NCBI RefSeq assembly: GCF_964355755.1
Contig: NC_092680.1
Location: 4,774,001-4,838,000, forward strand
Direction: 5' to 3'
Length of the DNA: 64,000 nucleotides
DNA from: Antedon mediterranea
Lineage: Eukaryota; Animalia; Echinodermata
Positions within the stretch are counted from its first letter, which is position 1, and every line of letters begins with the position of its first letter. This document shows, piece by piece, positions 27,925 to 41,025 of the stretch. Made by a program: the position numbers and the translations under genes. The notes under the pieces were generated by a model, which was given only the letters and a program-made list of their open reading frames with translations, had not been told where the DNA came from and made no database searches.

Positions 27925-30856
27925 TGTATTGCATAATGTAAACTTGAATTTGTGAAAACATTTTAAATCATGCAGGTTTGTGTTTGTTTATAATAAATTA
28001 AGAGCAAAGGTTTTACGCACGTATTAAGAAAATAATAATACCAATAGTAAAAGCATCATACTTCATAAAGTCTCTGATGCCTTGTTTGTTTGTTATTGTA
28101 CTCGATTGTACTCTAGTAACTATTAATCTGTGTAATTCCTTTTACATTCTGGAGAATCAAATTTTTAAAGATGAATTTAGCCATCGCTATTTCTAGTATT
28201 AATTTGCTAAGTATGTACAAATAACTGATATTTTATAGTCGCAGATATTTATAAGAAAAATGTTTCTGTCTACTGTTTGGTATTATAGTATTAGTAAATT
28301 AAAATGATTTGTTATACAGAATACTTCGAGTAAATCTGCACATGAATTATACCTAATTTACTACAGTAGAACATTTTAGGACCCAGCAAAGTGCCACCTT
28401 ATGGGGTCCCCCCTGAATAGGGGTTGGCCGTAGTGTTTAAGCTTAGATACTCCTCATTTCATAGGAGGAAAGAACAGGTTGTATGTGCTTTCTAGAACAA
28501 AATGTATCATTAGGCGCTGTTTGTGAATTAGTGTTTACATTTAGTGTATTAATATTATTAGAGGTTATTATTTTTGTAGAGAAGAGTGTTAAGTAAAGAA
28601 TTTGTTTACTTTTACTATATTTTGCAGATAAATATTTTAAATAAATTTTCAATTTTGAGATATCTGCCATGAATATATATATATTCAATAAATTTGTGCT
28701 GAATACGTTGTTATTTATATTCAACTAATCACACCAGGGTAACATTTTACAAATGAGTAACATAGATCCAAGATCATCGACTGACCACATTTAAATCTGT
28801 GACTTTTCACTGAAATGGGAGTGTAAAGATAATCAATTTTTGGATTAATGTTTCTAACTTGTGTATACATGCATTTAATTCAGTATTTTTAACCTGAGAT
28901 TAAACAAAGTAGATCGAAATAATTGTTTTTACCAAAAGTTCAAATTAATAAGTATTATATGTACTGCAAGAAATGTTCAAAATGTTTATTTATGGCATTA
29001 TCAGGGTGGTAGTACACTGTAGGAATTTCAGTAGCGTACCCTCCCCACTCCCTCCCTTGGATACTGAAGCCACCTTTGCCAATTTCATCTCCTCCTGTCT
29101 GATATTCCTAGGCCTATAGAATATAGTATTTCATGTATTGTAAATTTACAGTAAACTAATGATGTTGGTTTATTATGTTTTATACAAATAGTAAGAATTT
29201 AGATCAATTTTAGTTGAATTTTAAACAAATGTTGACAAGCTTTTTACAAGTACCGTACATACAGTAGTGCTAGCCCAAATGGGTTATGGCGGTGTCATTA
29301 AAACACTGGTCATTGTACTTTATTTCATAGTACTTAGTGATGATAACATGATATTATTTTGTGTATATAACATTAGCATTTTATCTACAACCTCATATGT
29401 TGGACTGGACCTAAAATGCTTTTTACATTATTGTTGCCCAATTGATGTACAGTAGATGGTGGTGTTTTTACATAATTCGTTTATCTGTAGTTGTTAGATT
29501 TCCATGTATTGGTGGTTGTTACTTGAATCATTAGGCCATGGAAAATAGATAAGACAGTTCTCGTCAGACTTCAGCGTGCCATATTAACCCTACATCAACA
29601 AAATTCAAATTTGCTTTTTAAAGAAATAAATACAGAGACTGACAGTGAAAATAAAACTCAATACTAATTGATTACTCTTCAGGTAATTATTTTCAACAAT
29701 ATTTCTTGCCGTAATGTTTATGATCAAACTGGATCTAGGCCAGCTATGTTGCCACTACACTACACCACTGTACTGCTGACGAGGACCATACATAATGTAT
29801 TTTCCCTGGCCTTATCATAAATGTATTTGTACATTATCTTGATTATATTGAAAACATGTCTTTGTCAGCATTATTTTGTGATTTTTCCCAAGATATGATA
29901 AATATGATATTTATATATAAAAAAATAAAATTCACCTCAAATCAATTTCAAATTATATGCTGTATTAATATCTGGAATTCAATATATGGAATTTCTGTGG
30001 CTTTTGATAAAAAATAGTATTTATTTGTAGAGATAAATATAGTCACTTTACATTTTTTTTAAAGATAATTGAAAATTGCTTCGAAATATGTTTCAATATG
30101 TATCTTTCTAGTGTTGATTCATAATAGACAATTATATCAAATAATGGACCAAGAATTGCTTATATCTTTGTTTTTTTCTGTTCTTGTCTGTGTCCCTGTT
30201 TCTGCTGCCAAATAAATTCTGTAAATAACACATTATTTTTTAATACCATATGTACGGTATATTTTTACGAGCAGAAGTGTACTCATAAAAATATACTGTA
30301 TAAAATGTACCATATTTCCCTAACTAAATGTGTGGATAAAATACGGTACAGTATTTACAAATTTATACTGTATTTTGTGTAGGCTTTTCTGATAACAAAT
30401 ACCGTATTATTTCTGTCGGTTGAGGAACAACATTACAATTTGTAATCAATTTGTGGGTGAAGCGAAGTAAAAACTCAGGACAGAATGATTTCTTGTTGAA
30501 AAGCCTGCCAACAACAACATGTTTGAAAATTGATTTTTGTTCACCATCATTTATACATTTCAGGGAGGTATAAAAAGGTGCGTTGATCCCTTTCCAGCTG
30601 TGGGATTGGTGCAGGCTCTACTCCATAGTGCAGGTGAAACATCAGAGCCAAATGCAAATTCAAAATTTTTTTTTTCAAATGTTTTGAAGATAATTAAATT
30701 AAACAAAATCAGTTCTAAATTTTTAGTATATTAAATTATGTTGGTGGCAGCAAATTTTAATATCTCTGACCTCAATAAATCTCTTATAGTTTAATATCAA
30801 TACTGAATCAATATTAGTATCTTTGAACATTGTACACAATATCAGCATGGTACAAC

Positions 30857-33843
30857 ATGGAAGGAACTATTGAGTCTGGTGAAAATGATGGAATCCATAA
30901 TAGCTACTGGCCATATATCCTGACACTCTTAAACTTATATTGTATTATTCCATGTACATTTAATAAACTACCGACTGTTTGGACAATCTTTAAGTCTGGC
31001 AATATAGAAGGTGTATCGTTAAGGGCCGTACTTTTGGAAACATATTGGTAAGCTAAATCACTGTATAGTAGATTTCTGTTTAGTATTCAATGGTAATACT
31101 GTAGTTTTGACTTTGATACACTAGTACTGTGTGCTCAATAAAATAACATTATGGTATTTGATTTCATTCCCTTTACGGTAATTGCAAAAAAAACAAATGA
31201 ACTAGAAAAAATTATTGACATCAATTAAACATATCCAGTTTATTTTCAAATATTTAAAAGATGGATGTTTGATCTTTTATATACCAATATCTATGTTTTT
31301 AGTTTTTCAGCCATCCTTGTCTACAATTTTGTAAATGGGTATTCACTGCAATTATATGCCGAGTATTTATTAATTTTAATACAAGGTAGGTATATATTAT
31401 TTCAGCGTGTTTATGCAGTGTCTCCGTCTAGCATTTATTTTGTAGATTAATTTACATGAAAAAAATATGTATGTGTTTTATTTTTTATAGAAATGCTTCT
31501 GATATCTGTGATGCTGTCATACTGTGATATGCTTACTGTCGAATCTCTAGTCAAGGCCATTATGTATCCTTATTTGTATTTTTTTTGCAATTTTTTTATT
31601 TTCTTTTTCAAAAATTATATTAGGAATTTATACTGTAGAAATTGCATTGCAATAAATGCTTTTTTTTGTATTTGATGATTTGTTCTCAGGCGCTGGCAAA
31701 TCAAAACGAACATCATTTTTCATGCGACTATGCGCATGAAGATCATCGTGAAAACGAAACATTTGACGTTCGATTTTATTTGCCAGTGCCGGACCAGAAC
31801 TGTTGAAAAACCCTTAATTCAGACTATTTTGACTTCCTGGCTTTTAAAAAACTATGTACTATAGTGATGGCCCAATTAAATGGTGATACTGTTAGATTAA
31901 GATTTTTTTTTTCTCTCTTTTGCTATGGATATAATATTATGTCACCATGATATTCCGAAATAAAAAGATAAATGAAAAATTAAATTAAATTAAATAACAT
32001 ATTTTATTTTTTTCCTTGATTTATTTCAACATTTTAGATTTTTTACATGTGTGTATTTGTCTGCCTCTGGATTTGTTCCTATCAATATACTATCAATTGC
32101 AATGGTAAGAAATGCTATGGATATCACACATTTAACAATGCACTGCCAAGTTTTATACTGAATAAGGTAAAGGTATTATCATCCTCTGCGTACAGAGAAA
32201 ATTTGGATGAGGCCACTACAGACTAACGGCAACCATTAGTGCAGCCTCTACCCCGCTCAGCACACTGGGAGACAATCCCGAATAGTGTACAGAGTTCTTT
32301 AATCTGTACCAAAAGGCTTTACATCTTATTCAAAGGTAGTCTAGGTTCTATACCAAAGTTAGTAAAAAGATAAATATTTTGGCACATATGGCATTTCATA
32401 CGTATAGTTAATATGTACAGTACGTGAGCTCATAATTCCAGACTAAAATTGAAACGTCGACTGGTGCGTGCACTAAACAAGACAATAAATACAGACTAGT
32501 GGAAAGTCTAATTCAAAGGATGTGCAAGCTCTATCAATCCGAAAAGTCTACCCTGTGTCCACATACATTTTCTAGTTTCAGAGCTGATAAGTTGTGTAAA
32601 CTGTTCAGGGATTTCCTGTTAGAATTATTTTGTATTTGAACCATTAAAGAACAAATTTGTGCCATGATGAGCATGTTGATTGTTGGATGAAAACTAACAT
32701 ACCAAAACTCTCAAATTGATCTTTAATTGACAAGCATTTCATTTTGTTTCCTTTTCTTTAAACTAGGCAACCTGTCCATTAATCATACTTTACAGTCGTA
32801 TTTTATTCATCAAGGAAATGGTGAAAGTAAAGGACTCGTCGTCCATGAGTCAAGTTACCTGGATTTTGTCGGTCACAACTGGCCTCAGTAAGTTGTTTTT
32901 ACTCATTGTATTTGAACCTGTTGTCTTTCAACAAAATCCCCAATTGTAGAATCAAGGAGTTCTGATGCCCATGATGATCTTCAGGATCCTCCTGGCCCGG
33001 GAAAAGAGCACCTGATATGGGCTCCACCTAGGGTTACAGGACTTCCTATTCAATATTAATTAACAACAAAAATATGATGCACATAAGTTTACTGGTCTCC
33101 TTTTACGCAAAGGCAATGCATATGTCAACTTGACGGCCTGATTTTTTCAATTGAGAAAGGCTAACCAAAAAAGAACAAGAAGAATTACAACTTTCTTTGT
33201 CTTTTCTCACTATAGCTATAGAATTAAGCAATCTCTTCGTCTTGGACATTTCTTTAAAATTTATATTATAGTACACAGGGATGTTTTTAAATGCGCACTT
33301 TCAAACCATTGTACGATAAATCAACGACAATTAATTGTACTGTATGGTTACTTTTTTTAAATGTCAGTCAGTGTAGGCCCAATATCACAAGTACATCAAT
33401 CTACTTATACCAGAGTCAATCAGAACTATATTGTAATTAAGCTCACACAAATATTCTAATTAAAACAATTTAATTTCTTATAGGTCGCCTTATTTCAATT
33501 GCTGTAGAGACGGGAGATTCAATTGGTTAGTTAAAGTTAAATTATTTCATTGTTATATTAACTATACTGCAGTACTAATATTTGTGTGCGGGGTATTGGC
33601 AGGGCTTCATTCAGTATGGTGAACCCATTGATACAACAATCACACAGTGTTTTAACAATGCCATAGATAGCATAAATTGTCTTGATCAAGAGATTAAAAA
33701 TCACCCACACAATCACCACTTTTATATAATTTGAAATTTTCTTTTTTGCAGCAATTGGACACAATTTAATATCTGTATCTGCCAGTGCATTAGTTTTGAT
33801 AACTATCTATTATTACAAGCCAAGAAAATCAAAATCACTTTAG
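30857..33843 (+). CDS. SLC66A3: SLC66A3/PQLC3-like PQ-loop membrane protein, ~222 aa
   Basis: Exons 30857-31047, 31303-31385, 31491-31563, 32038-32104, 32767-32887, 33484-33525 and 33752-33843 (669 nt, frame-consistent). Motifs NKLPTVWTIFKSGNIEGVSLRAVLLE, NGYSLQLYAEYLLILIQ, KDSSSMSQVTW and RLISIAVETGD parallel human PQLC3. The start ATG is inferred. Confidence 0.85.
31564..32037 (+). other. U12-type (minor spliceosome) GT-AG intron
   Basis: 5' splice site GTATCCTT at 31564; branch-site-like TTTCCTTGAT at ~32011-32020, a short distance before the TAG acceptor at 32035-32037; reading frame preserved across the junction. Confidence 0.85.
31682..31800. mobile_element. Small MITE inside the U12 intron
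   Basis: Imperfect TIR gttctcaggcgctggcaaatcaaaacgaac / gttcgattttatttgccagtgccggaccagaac. Confidence 0.5.
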
Positions 33844-34300
33844 GAATGAAATTACAAAATACAAGTTAAATTGAAAGTTATAAAACTGGTGTGTATTAGG
33901 TCTAATATTTATTTAATCTTCCTGTAAAACTATCTATAACTTTTATCTTTAACAATGTGATGTATTGATATAGTAAACAGGATTACCAAAGAAATAAGTT
34001 CATGGTTACGTCATTGACAAGATCTTTGGATTTCTATTTTTAACCAATAATAATTATTAACAGTACTAATAATTGTTATATTTATAAAGGCAGTTAATTA
34101 TATATTGTATAATCATTCATAATATACAGAATAAATATATTTAATTATTATTATAATATTTATATACTATTATGTTACAGTATGTTTACATATTAAAAAT
34201 AGAATTTTTCATATGGTGTGATGCGTGAGAAGCACTTGACATGAGATGTGGAATGTCAGGTATTGAAACATGCGTAACATTGTATTTTAAATTTATAATT

Positions 34301-37300
34301 TTAAAACAGCCATGGAAAATAATGCTGTTGAAATCTAAGACCGGTCTTTTCCTGTTTGGTTTCTATTTGGGTCACCTGAACACTGCCATCATCTGTTGGT
34401 TCGTCAGTAGGCTGTGTCTTGATGCTAAATACAAGTTCTTTACAGTGCTCTTCAATATTCAGCTGAGTTACTGCATTTAAGTGTAACTTGTCAAGTTTCA
34501 GCTGTATCTACATAAATATGAAAATCAGTGTTAAATTGCATAATTGCTCAACACTCAATCAACCAGTATTTGCAATAACACTGGTCCACCGGCCAATTGC
34601 CAAAAATAAATGTCCATCCTCAAATTGAAATAACTATAACAAAATATACCTCTTTCAGCATCTTTGTAGTTTTCAGTTTTGCAAATGATGATTGACCACC
34701 TTGGAAAATTTCTAAACAGAATCTACAAAAAAGAAATATATAAAAATGTATATATACAAATCATTGACATATTATGAATGAAATAATATTAATATCAATA
34801 CAAATAGTTTCAGATATCTCTTTTTGGCAGACAATATTTATATGTTCACTTTTATTTATTATTTGTTCAGCTTCTCACCAAGATTTACATTAGTAAAGGA
34901 CGGTCCAACAGATGGTAAACACCTTTAAAACTAATTGCACAGTGGATGTGTGTGTGGACTAGTATACCAGGGTAACCACCATCTGGGTGAACTTTAAAGT
35001 GCAATTGTGCTAGATGTGTACACTGGACCTACAGTTTATAGTCCTTATCCAAAAGACTTGTTCTACCACCAGAACCATGGAGCGAAGAAGCCACGAACCC
35101 TTGCTGATGTTATGGCTACGTAATTAAGGTTCCACTGTCTTAACCGCTCGGCCAATCTTGTGCATTGCCATGCAATGATGACTTGATGAGCATGACTTGT
35201 AATGGGATTGTTATGGTCTACCTATGAGCCCGACAAGCCAGGCGATTGGAAAAGAAGGTTATTAAAATCTTCAAAGCCATACCTTGATATAAATAAAGAA
35301 GAACAGACAGTTTTTAATTGGAATTCATTCTCTTGGCTTATATCACCAGTACCAATTTGTTTTATGTTTCTTCTATATGCATCACTTAGTTTTTTCCAAA
35401 GATGAGCATTCAATGGGTGTATATCTATCCAATTCTCTAGGGTACTTATTTCACCTAAAAAACGAAAAATTGTAATAAGGTCAACAAACTATAAAATATT
35501 ATAAAAAAAAACTGATACCTATTGTTTTAATTTCTAAATATCCATTCGACTGCAAACTTTTAAAAAATCAGTTTCTTTGTGACTGCAGAATGTCGCATGT
35601 GGTAATTCTCTCTTTCTACATTAAAATCAGATCGTAAAAAGGCCATCAGGAATTTAATAATTATTAGATGGTGCCTGGCTTATTGAAAGGTTCAACCATT
35701 AGTATAATTAAATCCTGAATTTCCAGGTTTTACAGTAGGCCTCCTACTTTCTAGATCCCGTTTCTCTCGGAGTACAGTTAATAGTAAACTTAGTGCAGAG
35801 CTACGCTGGTCATCATTGTTGCTGTCATGCACCTGGAAACAGAAAAAAAAAGAAATACTGTATATCTCCTCTGGTATAATCCTACCTCTCTACAGTAGAA
35901 CACGAAATTGGGCTGAGGATTTTGGGGGGTGGGAATATGCCTGAGGAAACCCTAAATGATTCAGGGAAAAAAATGGTATGTAAATCATCTGAACCAGCTA
36001 GAGCCAGGGGCCAAAAGTAAATTGTACTGGGACTATACCCAGGGATATGCCTGTTTGTGAAATCAGACATAAAGTAGGGGGTGGGATTAGACCAGAAGTG
36101 GGATTATACCCGAGGATACATTGTAACAAACATGAATCCATGTGTTATAGGGGGTTATGTTAATTCATCGATACTTCATCTTACCATTTGTTCTGCTAAT
36201 GTCTGAGCATTCTGAAAGTCCTTTAGATAACAGCAACATCTTGCAAGTCCATCCACAAATCTTCTTCTTAATGAACTATTTTGCAACGACAATTCAAGTC
36301 CTCTTTGGTAATGCTTTTTTGCTTCTGCATACTGTTGTTTGTAAAAACATTGGTCCGCAGATAAAATCACAAATTTTGCTAGCTCTACTTTCTCTTCTGG
36401 AACAGCATGATTCTGGTCCATATACCACTATATAATATTAATAAGAATGTACTGAATTACACAATTTTTTATTATTAATAAAAATGGCATATAACGAGGT
36501 AAATACCTCAATGCTGTGTGTGACTACAGCAGGCACTACATACATAGACACAGAGAATAAGAAAAGAGAGAGAAGAGTCTGACCATGCCATGGCCCATCA
36601 TGGAGGGTACCTCCATGGACATGGTTGGTCCATGGAGAATATAAAATTAGATTTACTCCATGGTTGGTCGGACTGATGATTCTGAGAGGAGGCTGTTATG
36701 CGCGATTTGAACGATTTGCGCAATTTGAAATTGCGCAAAAAAAATCCTTGCGCAATTTGAATTGAAACATGTGTTTCAAATTGCGCAAGCAACGTATTAA
36801 ATTGCGCAAGTAATCTGCAAATTGCGCAAGGTTTTTCGACAGATTGTGAAATCATGCACACCCATATTTTTATAGTAATTTCTAAGAATGATTCAAACTT
36901 AAAGATAAATATCGCATTTCCTTATTTTAGTACTGCAAATATTGTTATAAGTTAGCATACCGTCGAAGAACCGACGAAGGGAAACGAAGCGGTGGTGTTC
37001 CACCAGGCGGGCGCGGCGCGGGCGGCCGTCTATACTACTCTAGCCTAGCTAGGGTCTGGACTACTGATACTGACTAGGTTACATGGCCTAGCTTAAACTA
37101 ATATTAAAAACTTAAAAAGTGAGTTTTAAACATTATCTTCATTGAAATGGTCTTATTTATATAATAAAATACTAAATTTTAAACTCCTCTGCCTAGGCCT
37201 AGCCTAGCCATGTATGGGAAAATTTACAGTTCGTTTTCAAATTGCGCAAAGGTGTCATATTGCGCAAGAACTATCTTGCGCAATTTACAAATTGTGCAGC

Positions 37301-37644
37301 GCAATTTAAAATTGCGCAAAGATTTTCTTGCGCAATTTGAAATTGCGCAAGTTGATTGCGCAATTTGAAATTGCGCAAAAAAATCCTTGCGCAATTTTTA
37401 AATTGCGCAAGAATTCTTTGCGCAATTTCAAATTGCGCAAGGATTTTTTTGCGCAATTTCAAATTGCGCAAATCGTTCAAATCGCGCATAACAGAGGCAT
37501 TTTAAAACAAATAATTTAAAAATTATTATTAACCTCAAAAGAACACATCTTTGGAGTATAAATTATGTTTTGGATCGATTTTTCTCTGCTTCTCGATTCG
37601 AATAAGTCATCATCTTCTTCAAATCCAAAAGGTAACGAATCCAT
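34301..37644 (-). CDS. C8orf76: C8orf76-like TPR-containing protein, ~296 aa
   Basis: Exons 37644-37534, 36427-36185, 35832-35748, 35454-35283, 34722-34650 and 34507-34301 (891 nt, GT-AG, frame-consistent). MDSLPFGFEEDDDLFE...YTPKMCSFEW...ADQCFYKQQYAEA...RRFVDGLARC...IDIHPLNAHLWKKLSDAY...QSSFAK parallels human C8orf76 (YCAKLCEPQWF; DLAYRRQEYQKA; LHPFNPWNWGKLAEAY). Confidence 0.85.
34940..35153 (-). mobile_element. tRNA-derived Deu-domain SINE
   Basis: Minus-strand head tggccgagcggttaagacagtgg and gggttcgtgg, plus the Deu core (ggataaggactataaactgtaggtccagtgtacac). Confidence 0.7.
36694..37493. mobile_element. Non-autonomous Ginger-like DNA transposon (TGT...ACA ends, 5-bp TSD) in C8orf76 intron 1
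   Basis: Long TIR tgttatgcgcgatttgaacgatttgcgcaatttgaaattgcgcaaaaaaa; GAGGC on both flanks (36689-36693 and 37494-37498); ~20 subterminal TTGCGCAA palindromes. Confidence 0.8.
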
Positions 37645-37649
37645 GATTC

Positions 37650-37940
37650 TCACAAAAAAAAACCACACAGCTCAGGAGGAGGCCTGGAGATAGTTGTTTT
37701 CAACAACATGTGTCATGTGTGTGTAATTTTCTTTAACCTTTGAACTTACCTTACTTTTGTGAGACGTGTGCGCATACCAAAATCTGACTACTGACCCGAC
37801 GACCACATGCGCGTTTTACCCGCGATAGGATCGAGCCTGGCGATAGAGAAGGTTTACCTCTCTCTCTATAGGCTGTCTGGTTGCGAAACCGTCTAAAAAA
37901 GTTTATTTTGATAAAACGAATGTATTAAGCTAAGTAGGTA
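37650..37940. promoter_or_regulatory. Probable CpG-enriched promoter of the C8orf76-like gene, possibly bidirectional
   Basis: CpG-rich patch just upstream of the ATG at 37644, NRF1-like tgcgcat/catgcgcg motifs, and a plus-strand donor-like aa|GTAGGT at 37934. Confidence 0.45.
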
Positions 37941-40900
37941 TTTTTTGAACCAATTTATAATTTTGTAATGTAATTATGTTATTAGTTTTAATAATTCACT
38001 CTAGTTTTATGACTTTTATAGATGAAGCTAGTTAGGGTATGTATTGTATGTTTAGGCTGCCTGGAATATCACGCATGCCGCATGCTACTGCTGTACAACT
38101 GCTGCAGAAAAACGCAGGCGGCAGGGCAACTACTTGTTTGGTTGGCTGCTTCGCAACGGTCCAAGGCTTCTTCTTCGGTTGATGTTTCCCGGTTACCGAC
38201 GATATTGACAATTGTTTATGTCTGCATTTTCTTCAATAATTATTTGAGATTTGCTAGAGTTGAGCATATAAACAAACAACAACATTATTAATTATTATAT
38301 TGATATTAGAAAATTAGGAAGGAGGCTAGCCTAGGCCTAGGTCTACACAATTTTCGTGGTATGAAAGCCGACTTGCGCAATAAGAGAGATGACAGTTGTG
38401 ACCAGCCAAGTGTAAAAAAAACAAAAATTAACAGCATTTTCAGGGATTTCAAGACACCATGTTAATTAATTATGTTTTTCATACAACTATTTTTCCCACA
38501 AGTTTTTATTTTTCAACTAATTTAAACATATGTTAGTATTTTGTTTCAATATTCCAATAAAGAAAGAATTACGAAAATCTGACTTGTTTGTAGTTTTCGA
38601 AATATAGGGTCTAAAACATCGCCGAAAATGATCGTTTTTGGCCACGAACGTTGTAAACAAATTGCGCCCTCAGTCGACAATTGTATGAACCACACCGTTT
38701 TTCGCTAAAATAATTACGTTTTATAGTAATTTATTTTATATATCAACATTGGAAATATCAATAAAATATGTTATTAAATGTTTACAAAATATATAACGTT
38801 GTTTATTTAACGGAATTCGTAGAAATTCATTGCTCTAAATTTGTGTAGTAACGATCAGTACAGACAGACCATTTGACTTCGCAGTACATGCGAGAGAAAA
38901 CATTCCGCTGTGGGTGATTCGCGTCCACCAATCAAATAGCCAGAATCCAAAATCATTCAACCGTGAGCTCTGCCGATCGCGTGAAATCTCAGCTTTGATT
39001 GGCTTACGATGACATCATATCACAAAATGGTGGTTTTGTAGTTGAGCCTCACGTAATTTTCACAATTTTATTTCAAAAATGAAATAAATGGATCTCCTTT
39101 ATGGTATGTGTGATTTTTCTCTAAAAGATTTGAATAATAAAGGCTTCATATATTGAGAAACAACCTTTTTTTTGGCACTTATAATAAATATTTCTCAGAG
39201 AAAAAAGCACATGGCATGTAGAACTATATTATCTTGGCGTAGGAAGACAACAAATCCCAGGTCATGAGAGGCTCAACTACAAAAACAAGGTTGAATAGGG
39301 TTAGGTCACTGGACCGTTCGAAGGTTTTTGAGTAAACAATCTACCGCGTATGGTCGTACGCGCTAGACAGTACGATATTTTAAGCACATTTTTTACATGT
39401 TTGGTTAAATGTAATGAATATAAAAAATAGTTGATCTTATGGAATGATATGTAAATAAATAAATACTCAAAAGAATTATGTTTACAGTTCAATTATTTTC
39501 AGAATACTACTACATAAAAATGTGTTTACCAATGGACAAATAATCGCGTCAATGACATAGCGCGCATGGTAACGTACGCGGAGTTGAATCGTGGCAATAA
39601 CAATGGAGTCAACTCTCGGTAACCCTACTATTATTAAATCCCCCAAATGTCTGAGCAAAAAAGACAACTTGCAAATGACATGTGACAATGGGTCACATAA
39701 AGTATTTAAATTTGGATTTTACTCTTTTGGAATAGACTAACCTTTGGTGGTGTTTCATTAATAGCTATAATATAAGCTTATTTGTTATCCTTGCTGTCAA
39801 ATCAGGGTCGCAGTGTTATTTTTTCATGTGCAGAAGAAAAGGGCTAAACAATTTTGATGAAAGTGCTTTTTTTTATTTTAATAGAACTAGGAATAATCTA
39901 AATCTATAGTATATTATTATTATAGCCTGGAGTTTTTTTACTTTGTTTTGTTTTGTTTTTCATCAATCAATATAAAATAATAAATGAATGGTTTTGTTTG
40001 TGTGATTTATTCACTCGCGTATGGAATGTGTTCCTTCTCTGTCACAGAAATCATTGAACATGTTGTACGTCGTCGGAATAATCCATGCTGTGATCACACC
40101 AGTTTTGCGAATATCTTTTTTTTTTCTCGCCAATTGACATCACCAATCACCATTTGCAAATAGTAGAATAACATTAACATAGAGAACAGTGTTTAATGTC
40201 TAGGCCTGTAGTAGACGGAAATCATGATCTTGAACTGTTTTATCTGGATTAGAGGCTATGTGTGAACATAACCTTGTAATTATTATTGATAACCTGTGTA
40301 CTATTAAATTATGGTGTTTATTTGTTTATATAAAATGTTAGTTAAATAGTAAATGAGATTATAACATTAAGATATGGTAAAGTAATTGAGCACAACATAC
40401 TATAGTATAATGTTGGTTCTCCCCACCATGGGGTAGGGGGCTGTGGCACAAATACTTAGTGTCTGAGTGCCTGATATCAGCCCCTGATACTCACACTGGT
40501 GACAAACAAACTTTATATTTTTGTCAAGATATTTAAACTGAAACATTAAATTAGATTGTAACCAAGGGAAAATTTATTTTAGGCCAAATCAGTCTTTTTT
40601 TTAAATTTCTGTATACAAATAGCAGTGCTGCAGCTAATGGCTGAATTCAGTTGCTTTACTGTACATTAAAAATAGCACACATTATAAACATTGAGAGAGG
40701 AGAGGGATTTAAAATTGAAATTAAAATTTAACAATTTAATTTGATTTTAATTTGATTTACATAAATTGTTTATATTTATTATTACTGTTTGTTTCACTGT
40801 CAGTCACCAATTTTTCAATAAATCAATTTTTTTTAGTCCATTATAAGACAGGTGTTCATTTCAGAACCTATCATAAACCAGTCTGAGATCAACATTTTTC

Positions 40901-41025
40901 CCTTTCTTTACACTAATAGAGTATCACTGAACTTTTTGAAAAATTCTCCTCTTTGAGTTTATTGACTGTAATTCTATTTTTAGTTATTTAAATTTACTTG
41001 CTGACCATTTTTTATTAAGTTAATT

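Noticed and set aside
35518-35615. Possible extra C8orf76 exon with AG/GT boundaries on the minus strand
   Set aside because: Stops in all three frames, and exons 3 and 4 already join in frame without it.
36598-37519. ORFs with LRNFKLRK/AQFEIAQ repeats
   Set aside because: Translations of the TTGCGCAA subterminal repeats of the Ginger-like element.
38380-39700. Probable additional transposon relics (inverted gttgagcctc...gaggctcaac, ggtcac ends)
   Set aside because: Boundaries and TSDs could not be defined well enough to annotate.
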